32,897 nucleotides of DNA, from positions 1 through 32,897 of the forward strand of contig NW_021829639.1 of assembly GCF_006345805.1 (NCBI RefSeq). The letters are read 5' to 3'. Below are positions 11,138 through 23,019 of the stretch, in pieces. Within the stretch, counting starts at the first letter, position 1. Each line of letters starts with the position of its first letter. Source of the DNA: Octopus sinensis. Its lineage: Eukaryota. A program made the translations under genes and the position numbers. Below the pieces are notes generated by a model. It searched no databases. It saw only the letters and a list, made by a program, of their open reading frames with translations, and was not told the DNA's origin.

Positions 11138-11138
<1 letters not shown>
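10916..11138 (+). mobile_element. 3' end of an RLE-type (R4/Dong-like) LINE, family A
   Basis: Encodes KIVLMETAHILREILSM*, matching the typical C-terminus L-x-GTAHILRK-x-L; followed by a 3' UTR and an (AAT)n tail. Confidence 0.75.
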
Positions 11139-11197
<59 letters not shown>

Positions 11198-11238
11198 TGA
11201 TGATAATAATAATAATAATGATGATGAAGATGATGATG

Positions 11239-11269
<31 letters not shown>

Positions 11270-11285
11270 TAATAATAATAATAAT

Positions 11286-11871
11286 AATTTTGGCACGAGG
11301 GTCTCTCTAGTAAGAGGGGATGAGTCGATACATAGTACTTGAGTAGGGTTGTTATTTTATCGATGCTACCAAAAAAAAAAAAAAACGAAAACGAAAGTGG
11401 AGGTCAAACTCAGTGGAGGTCAAACTCAGTGGAGGTCAAACTCAGTGGAAGATTGAACGCAGGCGAAAAAGACCCAGACAAAAATACTCCATAGCATTTT
11501 TTGGCGATGTTCTGACATTTCTACCAGCTTGATGGTGATGACGATAATAATATCAATAACATCAATAACAATGATGATGATGCTGCTGCTGATAATAATA
11601 ATAATAATAATAATGATGATAATGATAAATTCTGTTCCTCTGCTCCGCCTTGTTCACTCTTTATTAAACGACATTCTTTCATCCCTTCATTCCCGAGTTA
11701 ATGTCTTCCGCATTGAGATCATTACGTTATATTCACACGAAGAAAAGATTTATTTATCATCAGAAACGTAGCAGAGCAACAGCAACAATAACATCAATAA
11801 CAACAACAAAAACAACAACAACAACGACGACGACGACGACGACGATGATGATGATGATGATGATGATGATG

Positions 11872-11902
<31 letters not shown>

Positions 11903-12091
11903 AAATAATAATAATAATGATAATGATAATAATAATAATAGTAATAATAATAATAATAATAATGATAATAATAATAATAATAATGATAATAATAATATAG
12001 TAGTAGTAATAATAATAATAATAATGATAATGAAATATAATAATAATAATAATAATGATAATAATAATGATGATAATAATATATAATAATA

Positions 12092-12124
<33 letters not shown>

Positions 12125-12869
12125 TAATAATGATAATAATAATAATAATAATTTTGGCACGAGGGTCTCTCTAGTAAGAGGGGATGAGTCGATACATAGT
12201 ACTTGAGTAGGGTTGTTATTTTATCGATGCTACCAAAAAAAAAAAAAACGAAAACGAAAGTGGAGGTCAAACTCAGTGGAGGTCAAACTCAGTGGAGGTC
12301 AAACTCAGTGGAAGATTGAACGCAGGCGAAAAAGACCCAGACAAAAATACTCCATAGCATTTTTTGGCGATGTTCTGACATTTCTACCAGCTTGATGGTG
12401 ATGACGATAATAATATCAATAACATCAATAACAATGATGATGATGCTGCTGCTGATAATAATAATAATAATAATAATGATGATAATGATAAATTCTGTTC
12501 CTCTGCTCCGCCTTGTTCACTCTTTATTAAACGACATTCTTTCATCCCTTCATTCCCGAGTTAATGTCTTCCGCATTGAGATCATACGTTATATTCACAC
12601 GAAGAAAAGATTTATTTATCATCAGAAACGTAGCAGAGCAACAGCAACAATAACATCAATAACAACAACAAAACAACAACAACAACGACGACGACGACGA
12701 CGACGACGATGATGATGATGATGATGATGATGATAATAATAATAATATAATAATATAATAATGATAATAATAATAATAATGATAATGATAATAATAATAT
12801 AGTAATAATATAATATAATAATAATGATAATAATAATAATAATAATGATAATAATAATAATAGTAGTAG

Positions 12870-12918
<49 letters not shown>

Positions 12919-12934
12919 GATAATAATAATGATG

Positions 12935-12978
<44 letters not shown>

Positions 12979-13005
12979 TAATATAATAATAATGATGATG
13001 ATGAT
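11286..13005. repeat. Direct tandem duplication of an ~864-bp unit (decayed SINE, unique ~140 bp and AAT/GAT repeats)
   Basis: tggcacgagggtctctc occurs at 11291 and 12155; the non-microsatellite parts are almost identical. Confidence 0.92.
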
Positions 13006-13429
13006 TTAAGTAGTATGAATGTTAGTGTTAATAGTGATAATAATAAATTTAATAACATTCAAAATATTTTTTTTAAAAGAAACAAACCGAAAAAATATGC
13101 CTAAAGATTCAGTTATTGATTAGAGAACAAAACTATTTGGGAGAATAAAGGAGAGAAAGAAGGGGAGGTGATAGAGGACTGGCAAAGAGAGATAGAAAGA
13201 GATTGATAGGTAGAGAGAGAGAGAGAGAGAGAGAGGGGGAGAGGGAGTAAAAGGGAAGTGGTAGAAGTGAAAAACAGGGGAGAGGATTGAAACTGATAGC
13301 AAAAGATTATCAATTCTGGCTTAGATAACGACATTTGCGGCTGAGTACGTGTGCATGTACGTTTATATAGCTCGTGCGCGCGCACGTCTGTGTGTGTGTA
13401 ACAGACTGAATTAACAGCGAGATAAGAAT

Positions 13430-14530
13430 AACCCGGTGGTGATGGTGGTGGCGGCGGCGGCGGTGGTGGAGTTGTAGCTATTTAGTGATGTTCGAAAGAT
13501 GCGAATTTTTACTTGATCTATTTAATTACTGTAAGGAAGTAAATATTGAGCATGATGGCGGCGGTGGTGCTGTTTTCGGTGACAGCTTTTGTAGGAGTGG
13601 TGGTATTTGTGGTTGTGGCTGTGGTTGTAATGATTATGCTTGTGGTAGTGGTGATGTTGTTGTCGGTGGTTTCGGTGGTAGTTTTTGGTAATGGTGTTTG
13701 TGGTAGTTGCGATGTTGTTGTTGGCGGCGGTGGTAGAATTTTTGGCGGCGGTTTTTGTAGACGTGGTGGTGTTTGCGGTTGTGGTGGTTGCAATGGTAGT
13801 ATTGATAGTGGTTGTGTTGGCGATGGTTGTAGTGCTTGTGGTGGCGATGGTGGTTCTGTGGTTTGTGGTGGCGGTGGCGTCTGTAGCAGAGGATTTTTTG
13901 TGTTGGTGTTTATAGTTGTTGTAGGGAACCAGTCGGTAGAGATGGGTGGGGTGATGGTGATACAATAGTGGTCGTGGGAGTGGTAGCGGGCAGGGTGGAG
14001 TCAGAAGTCGTGGCAGTATGGGCAGAGATTGTAGTGATGGTGATGGTGGTGGTTGTAGTGGTGGCTGGTAGTGGTTGCGGAGTGGCAGTAGTGGTGGCAG
14101 TGATGTAGTGGGCGGAGCTGCAGGCTGTGGCTGGGGTGCTGGTGGTGGGTGGGGTACAGGTGGTAGTTAAAGTGGTGGTGATATTTGTAGTTCTGGTGGT
14201 AGTTGCAGTGAAGGTCGTAGTTTTAGTGTTGATAGTGGTGCCGGTGGTGGTGGTTGAGGTGATAGTGGAGGAAGGTGGTGATGATCCTGGTAGTGGTGTT
14301 TGCAGTGGCGGAGGTGGAGTGGGAACAATGGTAGTGGTGATAGTGCTAGTAAGTCACTAGTGGGTGAAGATGATAGTGGTGGTGGTGGTGGTGGGCGTTT
14401 ATGGAAGAGGTCATGAACTGGTGAATATAGGAGATATGTGTTTGGTTGTAGCATAGCAGTATAGGCTGAAGTAGTTAGTGGTGGTGGTGTTGTTGTTTGT
14501 GTTGTAGTTGTTGATGGTTATTACATTATT
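13430..14530. repeat. GGT/GTT-rich cryptic simple-sequence tract
   Basis: Strong G+T skew over ~1.1 kb with no continuous ORF. Confidence 0.85.
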
Positions 14531-14734
14531 TCTGTACTGGCTGTTTCTATTTTAAAGTGCAATTAAAATCAATTTTGAAATATGACGGCGGAAAAAATAT
14601 GAAATACAATACACTCGAAAGTAGGAAAGTTGGATGAACTATACAACTGATATGGAGATGATGACGAGGAGGAGGAGTATGAGGAAGAGTATATGAGAAT
14701 GTTGGTGGTGATGATGATAATTGTGGTAATGTTA

Positions 14735-14774
<40 letters not shown>

Positions 14775-14894
14775 GCAAACAATCTTCAAACAAGACACAC
14801 TCTATATAGCAAATATCCAATAAAATAAACTACCACCAGCAGGCTGTATAACCAACGCATTACACACGCAAACACACACACATACGCGCGCACG

Positions 14895-14947
<53 letters not shown>

Positions 14948-15067
14948 TGCCTCCTTGGCCCGGCCAGAATAATCAGGAAAGTATTAGATAAATGAAAAGA
15001 ACGGATAGCATTGTATCGTAGGCTGCAGATAGGACTCTAGGAGCTCCAACAAAACCTATGATAAAGA

Positions 15068-15118
<51 letters not shown>

Positions 15119-15128
15119 TATAATAATA

Positions 15129-15447
15129 CATGTGTTGAAAGGAATTCTTGGAGGTTTGGATAATTCACTTTTGGAAACATGGGTGGTTTGTTCAACATCC
15201 TTAAACAATCCTTATTCAGGGACCTTTTGAGCGGGATGGGTTACTCGACCAGAAGAAAATTCTAACTGGGCCCCACCGGCAAGGTCATACACTGTTTATC
15301 TTGATATGAGATCACCATGTTGCACACATATGGTTGTGATGCATGTGCCTAGTGTACCCTTATCAGACGGGTAGTCATGATGGGTATACTTGGCTTCATA
15401 TATTTTACCCCAGTGTCACTTTGATGGCATGCACTGCTCTCTCACTC
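15129..15447 (+). mobile_element. Longest copy of the family B retroelement tail, flanked by (AAT)n on both sides
   Basis: Three copies in the window share the 3' end ...ctcactc/ctcacctc followed by (aat)n and differ in 5' truncation. Confidence 0.75.
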
Positions 15448-15479
<32 letters not shown>

Positions 15480-15481
<2 letters not shown>

Positions 15482-15692
15482 GTTTCAAATTTTGGCACAA
15501 GGCCAGCAATTTTGGGAGAGGGACTAGTCAATTATATTGAACCCTGTACTCAACTGGTATTTATTTTATCGACCCCGAAAGGATGAAAGGAAAAGTCGAA
15601 CTCGGTGGAATTTGAACACAGAACGTAAAAGGCAGACGAAATACCGCTGAGCATTTTGCCTGGCGTTGCTAACGATTCTGCCAGCTCGCTGC
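15480..15692 (-). mobile_element. SINE related to the 749-975 family (variant tail)
   Basis: ttatcgaccccgaaaggatgaaagg...gattctgccagctcgc. Confidence 0.8.
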
Positions 15693-15714
15693 CTCAATAA
15701 TGATAATAATAATA

Positions 15715-15761
<47 letters not shown>

Positions 15762-15879
15762 AAGGGTGATGATAATAATGATGATGATGAGGAGGAGGAT
15801 GATAATAATAATGATAATAATAATAATTTTGATGATGATGATGATGATGATGATGCTGATGCTGCTGATGATGACAATG

Positions 15880-15925
<46 letters not shown>

Positions 15926-15957
15926 TGATGATGATGAGGAGGATGGTGGTGATGATG

Positions 15958-16000
<43 letters not shown>

Positions 16001-16050
16001 CGATGATGATGACGATGATGATGATGAGGAAGATGATGATGATGATGATG

Positions 16051-16081
<31 letters not shown>

Positions 16082-16280
16082 TGATGATGATGGTGATGAT
16101 GATGATGATGATGATAATAATAAATAATAATAATAATAATAATAATGATGATGATGATGGTGATGATGATGATGATGATGATAATAATAATGACGATGAT
16201 GATAATAATAATAATAATGATAATAATAATAATGATGATGATGATAATAATGATGATGATGATGATGATGATAATAATTT
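15693..16280. repeat. Compound (GAT)n/(AAT)n microsatellite
   Basis: Direct reading. Confidence 0.95.
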
Positions 16281-16604
16281 AACAAAAGCTAAGTGTCTTC
16301 GCAGTGAATGGATGAGAGCGAAGTGAAGTGAATTATTTGGTGTTTAAACATCTGCGCTTAATAACAATGGAATCGCATCGTGAAGAACGGCAGGAATATT
16401 TGATTTGGCATCGGAATGACATTCGGTGCCTTTGCCATAAGCTTTAATGGAAACGAAACGCGAAAAAGAAAATCATAAAATATATTGGTATGGATCTACC
16501 TGACAGGTGAGATTATGATGTCATTAACCTTTTGCCTGCATCCCTGTCACGCAGGACATACGTTTCGTATTTCGCTGGTGTCCATGAATCGAATATATTC
16601 TTAT

Positions 16605-17040
16605 ATTTGTTTCAGTCGTTTTGACTGCGGCCATGCTGGAGCACCGCTTTTTAGTCGAACGAATCGATCCCTAGGACTTGTTTTTTTTTGTTAGTCTAGT
16701 ATTTATTCTATCAGTCTCTTTTGCTGAACCGCTAAGTGAGGGGGACATATACGCACACCAGCATCGTTTGTCAAGCGATGTTGGGGGGGGGGACAAACAC
16801 AGACACACAAACACACACACACATATACGACGGGCTTCTTTCAGTTTCCACTTACCAAATTCACTTACAAGGCTTTGGTTGACCCGCAGCTATAGTAGAA
16901 GACACTTGTCCGAACAAATCGACCCTAGGACTTGTTCTTTTTGTTAGTCTAGTATTTATTCTATCAGTCTCTTTTGCTGAACCGCTAAGTGATGGGGACA
17001 TAAACACACCAGCATCGTTTGTCAAGCGATGTTGGGGGAA

Positions 17041-17088
<48 letters not shown>

Positions 17089-17268
17089 AAAAACGCACGT
17101 ACACACACACACATACATATATGTACGACGGGCTTCTTTCAGTTTCCATCTACCAAATTCACTTAAAAGGCTTTGGTTGACCCGCAGCTATAGTAGAAGA
17201 CACTTGTCCAAGGTGCCACGCGATGGGACTGAACCCGAAACCATGTGGTTGGTAAGCAAGCTACTCCT
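16605..17268 (-). mobile_element. CORE-like tRNA-derived SINE with an internal tandem duplication
   Basis: Reverse complement of the 17534-17945 family; the body ~16660-16911 is repeated at ~16912-17210 with shared private variants. Confidence 0.85.
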
Positions 17269-17533
17269 GGGCCTATATATGATAAACATTTCTAATTTTT
17301 TCTCCAACCACTAGAGTAACTTGGGGACTTCTTGAAGAAAAGCTTTATACGAATCAGAACATGTGAAACAAGGGTTAACTATAAATCTGAAAACAAGAAT
17401 GGACATTTAGGACAACCTTATAAAAATGCTTTGGACAGGCAAAGGGCCAAGACCGAAATTCACACCTGCAACATTTTGCTCATTTGTTGCTATACTTCTG
17501 TTTAAATACACTGCCTTCATTTTTATTAATTTT

Positions 17534-17945
17534 AGGAGTGGCTGTGTGGTAAGTAGTTTGCTAACCAACCACATGGTTCCGGGTTCAGTCCCACTGCGTG
17601 GCATCTTGGGTAAGTGTCTTCTGCTATAGCTCCGGGCCGACCAATGCCTTGTGAGTGGATTTGGTAGACGGAAACTGAAAGAAGCCCGTCGTATATATAT
17701 ATATATGTATATAGGTATGTGCGTGTATGTGTTTGTGTGTCTGTGTTTGTCCCCCTAGCATTGCTTAACAACCGATGCTGGTGTGTTTACGTCCCCGTCA
17801 CTTAGCGGTTCGGCAAAAGAGACCGATGGAATAAGTACTGGGCTTACAAAAAGAATAAGTCCCGGGGTCGATTTGCTCGACTAAAGGCGGTGCTCTAGCA
17901 TGGCCGCAGTCAAATGACTGAAACAAGTAAATAAGTAAAAAGTAA
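17534..17945 (+). mobile_element. Near full-length CORE-like tRNA-derived SINE (octopus OK/OR-type)
   Basis: A-box-like GTGGCTGTGTGG, B-box GGGTTCAGTCC, CORE-like ttgggtaagtgtctt, internal (TA/TG)n and a (GTAAAA)-type tail. Confidence 0.88.
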
Positions 17946-18009
17946 AAATAAATAAGAACTTTGGAAAATAACTGCAATTATTGACCCTTTGTCATTCCAT
18001 ATCACATTT

Positions 18010-19040
18010 GATATACAGGAGATATTCCGCTAGTATCCATGCATTATAAGAACTCCCAATGCACAGAAGCGTGCAACCCCAATCGGATGTGAACAAATTA
18101 TACAGGAAAAGAATGGGAGAGAAAGAAAGGGTTAATGAATGTCGAAGAGGAAGTAGAAGTAGAGAAGAGGAGTTTAGGTTCCTGTCTTAAAGACAAAGAA
18201 GAAGCATTCCTTAAGGGGCCAATAAGAGAAGGATTATTAGGGAATTTTGCAGAACTCAGGAAGAGAGAACGAGAAAAAGTGAAAAAGAGAAGCCAAAATT
18301 TGAAGAAAAAATGTTTTATTCAGTATTTTACAAAAAGAAAAAAAAAAGGAGCTAAGAGATAACAGGGACTGCTGGCTATGGTTAAAGAAAGGGGTATTGA
18401 AGAATGAAACCCAAGGAATGATCCGAGCAGCACAGAAATATGCCTTAAATGTCTTAAAATGGATAAAGGGAACGATAGAACAGTGAGACTGTTTACCCAA
18501 ATGCAGAATGTACGATGGTTCACAAGCATTGTATCAAAATGTCGACAGATAGGGGAAGAGGTTAAATATAAAAATGTTGGTATTATGTAAAATTGCGATA
18601 GTAATTGACCAGAATTCTTGTAAGAGATTCGTTCGCTGTTTTGCATTCGTGGGAATAGAAATGTAATTCTTCGAAAACGATGAAGTGAAATTGCTGCAGG
18701 AATTTCTTGCACAGATCGAAAGAAGAATAGATCCGAATATTAAGAAGAAAAATATTCTGTGCTCCAAAGAACGTGGCATGTCCATTTGTTATCAAAGTAA
18801 AGAAAAATAGAAAGAGAAAAAAAAAAGCAGATTATTATACCGAAATGCTCAAATGCTAGAACGAAGTTAATGCGGTCATAATCCTGTCAATTATCATGGG
18901 AATTTTTTTGGAATTGCGACGAAGAATATAAGAGAAAACTTTGGTAAACTAGACCTTTATATAGGGGTGAGTGGACGCGTTGCAAGAACTCCTGTGTAAT
19001 TGGTTTAGCAGGAATTATCCAGAAAGTCATCGCTACATAG
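18010..19040 (+). pseudogene. Decayed 3' part of an RLE-type non-LTR retrotransposon ORF (R4/Dong/NeSL-like)
   Basis: Ordered remnants across frameshifts and stops: MHRSVQPQSDVNKLY, GLMNVEE, WLWLKKGVLKNETQGMIRAAQ, zinc knuckle CRM..IVSKC, ENDEVKLL, and SCVIGLAGIIQKVIAT*. Confidence 0.85.
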
Positions 19041-19484
19041 AACAAACGAGAAGAAAAATACTTCTTTTATAAATGGGGAAAAATGGATTTCTCATCCAAG
19101 GTCACGGATTGTGGTTCAATAGAAAATATGATTAAGTTCGTTACGAGAGTAGCACCATGACAACAAAATAAAGATGATGATGATGATGATGATGATAATG
19201 GTGATGCGAGATGCTATTCTCATGAGCAGCCTATCAGTGGCATGTTCCACATAGAGTGATTCCAACCTAAGTACATTTTCTGTTTTTTGAAATGGTATTG
19301 TACGTTGTTTAGGGAATCAACTGGTGATTCTATTCGCTTGAATTTCGTCCTTGTATCAAGCGCGCTATGCACTGTTAAGCAAGTACATGAGTGAATATTT
19401 CTGTTTATTGGGGCATTTTGCACTCGGTCTGAACTTCAGGTAGACGACGCAATAGCAATTTCTGACCGAGATTCTCATAACGAC

Positions 19485-19890
19485 ACACATACGACAAACT
19501 GCTTTAGTTTACACTAGCAGTATCGCCCGGCGTTGCTCGGGTTTGTAAGGGAAATAACTATATAAGCATTTTTAGAGAGCTACTTCCCTTATATAATAGC
19601 AAAAAAATGCATTAAAATGGAAAAAAATGATGTTAAATTATTTTTTAAATCGTAGACTCATCGTAGACGCGCGCTAATACCCAGAAGGGCTCGATATGAA
19701 TCACGACTATAAGATACCCGGTTTTGGTTAAACTGCACCGCAAAACGTGGGAGTAGTTAGGAATCTAAATCGTAGGAGACAGACACACAACTTGACTTTT
19801 ATATATAAAGATTTACCAAATCCATCTACACGGCTTTGGTTAGCCTGAGGCTATAGCAGAAAACATTTGCCCATGGTGCCGCGCAGTGTA
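19485..19890 (-). mobile_element. Degenerate CORE-like SINE fragment interrupted by the Helitron
   Basis: acatacgac...tttaca on the left and tttaccaaatcc...ggctttgg on the right are contiguous in intact copies. Confidence 0.7.
19514..19811 (-). mobile_element. Non-autonomous Helitron (~298 bp)
   Basis: On the minus strand: 5'-TC...CTAG-3' ends, subterminal hairpin CCCG-AGCAACGC-CGGG, inserted between A and T with no TSD. Confidence 0.85.
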
Positions 19891-20006
19891 ACACAAGCTT
19901 ACGAGTGAATGTCTCTGTTGCTGTTTTTGAACTCGGTCTCAACTTCAGGTAGACGACACAAATAGTCTTTTCTTCTCTGTGTACAAGATGCTAGCCTCAA
20001 CACACT

Positions 20007-20290
20007 CTCTCTTGACTCTTCAACTCTTTTACTTTTTTTCAGTCATGTGACTGTGGCCATGCTGGAACACCGCCTTTAGTCGAGCAAATCGACCCCAGAA
20101 CTTATTCTTTGTAAGCCTAGTATTTGTGCCTAAACGTTCTGAGCTCAAATTTCGCCGTGGTCAACTTTGCTTTTCATACTTTAGGGGTCGATAAAATAAG
20201 TACGAATTGAACACAGGAGATGATGTAATCGACTTTACCCACCCATAAAATTTGATGGTTCTGTACCAAAATATGAAACTAATTTTTGTT
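20007..20290. mobile_element. Two abutting SINE fragments: CORE-like tail (minus, ~20007-20127) and 749-family body (plus, ~20131-20290)
   Basis: Similarity to intact copies in this window. Confidence 0.7.
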
Positions 20291-20616
20291 GGGGCAAATA
20301 TCACCTTCGTTTCAATACACTTTTTGGGGTTCCTATGAATGCAACGTACGTTTCGGAGTGGCTACTACTCATATTCGATTTTGGCGGTTATTTTGGCAAA
20401 ATTGCTATGTATCAAGCTCTGTGACATTTGGGTCGTAGGTAAATGTCAATGCTTTTGTTATTGTTGTTGTTATTGTCGTCGTCACCAAGCATATTCTTAG
20501 AGTCACAGAAGAATCTATTATGAGAAAAATATAAATTCTTGAAGACACAATGCTTTAAAACTGCATACAACTGGTAGAACGAATACATTGAAAATTACTC
20601 TCACTTTTCGTTATTA

Positions 20617-20657
<41 letters not shown>

Positions 20658-21094
20658 ATGTATATGCGTCCATGTATGTGTGTGTATATGCGCATGTATA
20701 TGTACATGGTTGTGTGTGTGTTTGGGTGTGCGTGCGTGCGTCTGTGGGCGTGTGTACGCGGGCATATATGTATGTGTTCGTATGTTTGTATGTGTGTGCG
20801 TGTGAGCATGAGAACGTGCGTCTGTTTATCGGTGTGTGTGTATGTGTGCACGGGCATACACGTATGTGTGCGTGTCTGTGTCTGTGTATCTGTGTGTGTG
20901 CGCATGCATACGTACATGTGTATATATGTGTGTGTATGTGTGTGTGTGTGTTTGTTCGGCTATGCGAACGTGCATCTGTGTCGGTGTGTATGTATGCGTG
21001 CGCGGGATACATATATGTACGTATCTGTGCGTGTGTCTGTTTCCTCCCTTTTTCCGAAGTCATCATCATCATCGTCGTTCTTACAAGAAACCCC

Positions 21095-21262
21095 GCAGGA
21101 GTGGCTGTGTGGTAAGTAGCTTGTTTACCAACCACATGGTTCCGGGTTCAGTCCCACTGCATGGCACCTTGGGCAAGTGTGTTCTGCTATAGCCTCGGGC
21201 CCACCAAAGCCTTGTGAGTGGATTTGGTAGACGGAAACTGAAAGAAGCCCGTTGTATGTATG

Positions 21263-21295
<33 letters not shown>

Positions 21296-21716
21296 TTGTG
21301 TGTCTGTGTGTGTCCCCCTAGCATTGCTTGACAACCGATGCTGGTGTGTTTATGTCCCCGTTACTTAGCGATTCAGCAAAAGAGACCGATAGAATTGTTT
21401 GTGTGTCTGTGTTTGTTCCCCCTAGCATTGCTTGACAACCGATGCTGGTGTGTTTATGTCCCCGTTACTTAGCGGTTCGGCAAAAGAGACCGATAGAATT
21501 GTTTGTGTGTCTGTGTTTGTCCCCCCTAGCATTGCTTGACAACCGATGCTGGTGTGTTTATGTCCCCGTCACTTAGCGGTTCGGCAAGAAAGAGACCGAT
21601 AGAATAAGTACTAGGCTTACAAAAGAATAAGTCCCGGGGTCGAGTTGCTCGATTAAAGGCGGTGCTCCAGCACGGCCGCAGTCAAATGACTGAAACAAGT
21701 AAAAGAGTAAAAGAGT
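21095..21716 (+). mobile_element. CORE-like SINE with a triplicated ~104-bp internal segment
   Basis: Units start at ~21293, 21396 and 21500. Confidence 0.88.
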
Positions 21717-22161
21717 CATTATTTCCAACACTCGTAATACAAATACAGGAATTACCACGATTTAACACAAAATTACCAATTTCTTTCAGAATATCGGCAT
21801 TCACATAGTATAACCTTTTTTTCCTTGGAAAACTCAATGAATTCGCTGGTTTTAAGGGCGTGTTTCACCGACATTTTTTTTTCTTGTGCGTTGAATGCCT
21901 GCTAAAAGGAAGGGAGAAGAAATGTAAAGAAACGTCTGGTTTTTTTTTCGTGGTTTTTGCTTAATTGACGGGAAAATTAATGAATTTAACGCTTCACTCT
22001 CTATGAATTAATTCTACATGAAACAACAGAAAAGGTCATGGAAATTTGAAAAAGAAAAATAAGACGTCTTGGAAAGTTATTCATGATGGAACTTTTAGAA
22101 TGCATTTTGGCAGCGCAAAAATTCAAGTGGAGCAGCAGCAGTTGCAGTTGCAGCTGTAGCA

Positions 22162-22756
22162 GGAGGCGCAATGGCCCAGTGGTTAGGGCAGTGGACTCGC
22201 GGCTTCGATTCCTATTTCTTTATTACCCACAAGGGGCTAAACACAGAGGGACAAACAAGGACAGACATAGGTATTAAGTCGATTACATCGACCCCAGTGC
22301 GTAACTGGTACTTAATTTATCGACCCCGAAAGGATGAAAGGCAAAGTCGACCTCGGCGGAATTTGAACTCACAACGTAACGCAGACGAAATACCGCTAAG
22401 CATTTCGCCCGGCATGCTAACGTTTCTGCCAGCTCGCCGCGGCTTCGATTCCCAGACCGGGCGTTATGTGTGTTTATTGAGCGATAAAAAACCTAAAGCT
22501 CCACGAGGCTCCGGCAGGGGGTGGCAGCGACCCCTGTTGTACCCTTTCGCTCCAACTTTCTCTCACTCTTTCTTCCTGTTTCTTGTCCCCGACTTCCTAC
22601 GCAACCGCTGAGCCTGGATGCACATTCATCCATCCGTCGATGCTCTCGGTGTCGGGGGTTGACCTGCTTTCTCTTCTGCGGGTCTTACGAATAGCAAAGG
22701 ACCACGATTTGGACTTCTCCCATCTTGCGAGCTCTGGGACGAAGACCGCTTCGCTC
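22162..22756 (+). mobile_element. SINE with the GGAGGCGCAATGGCCCAGTGG head and an alternative tail, interrupted by another SINE
   Basis: The head matches 32212 onward; the tail diverges after ...cttcctgtttct and ends in (AACAGC)n. Confidence 0.8.
22213..22438 (-). mobile_element. Full-length 749-family SINE nested in the element above, with a 14-bp TSD
   Basis: GCGGCTTCGATTCC at 22199-22212 and 22439-22452. Confidence 0.92.
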
Positions 22757-22790
22757 AACAGCAACAGCAACAGCAGCAGTAGCAATGATA

Positions 22791-23008
22791 TGGTTTTGAA
22801 ATTTTGCACAAGGCCAGGAATTTTAGGAGAAGGGGTTAAATCGATTATAGCAACCCTAGTGTTCAACTGGTACGTATTCGGTGGAATCCCCAAAGGACAG
22901 AAGGCAATGTTAATTTCGGAGGAAGTGCAGAGGTCAGAACGTAAAGAGACGGAAGAAATGTCACTAAACAGTTGTCCGGTAGGAATAACGACTCTGCCAG
23001 CTGGTCGC
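22791..23008 (-). mobile_element. Old, diverged SINE of the 15480-15692 type
   Basis: gcacaaggccaggaatttt...ctctgccagctggtcgc. Confidence 0.65.
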
Positions 23009-23019
23009 TATGACAACAG

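Noticed and set aside
11089-13058. Poly-I/M/L/Y/H ORFs
   Set aside because: Artefacts of (AAT)n/(GAT)n; the same applies to 6883-7193, 15566-16326, 24260-25348 and 26676-27253.
13485-14454. Mucin-like Thr/Pro-rich reading on the minus strand
   Set aside because: Fragmented across frames with stops, no convincing splice sites; explained by GGT simple repeats.
21293-21605. Regularly spaced repeats as a CRISPR array
   Set aside because: Units are contiguous with no unique spacers, derive from a SINE, and the context is eukaryotic with no cas genes.
21777-21901. Strong minus-strand acceptor plus GTAATT donor (125-bp pseudo-exon)
   Set aside because: The phase-1 frame needed to join the GPCR exon contains a stop and lacks the expected cysteine; it could only be a UTR or cryptic exon.
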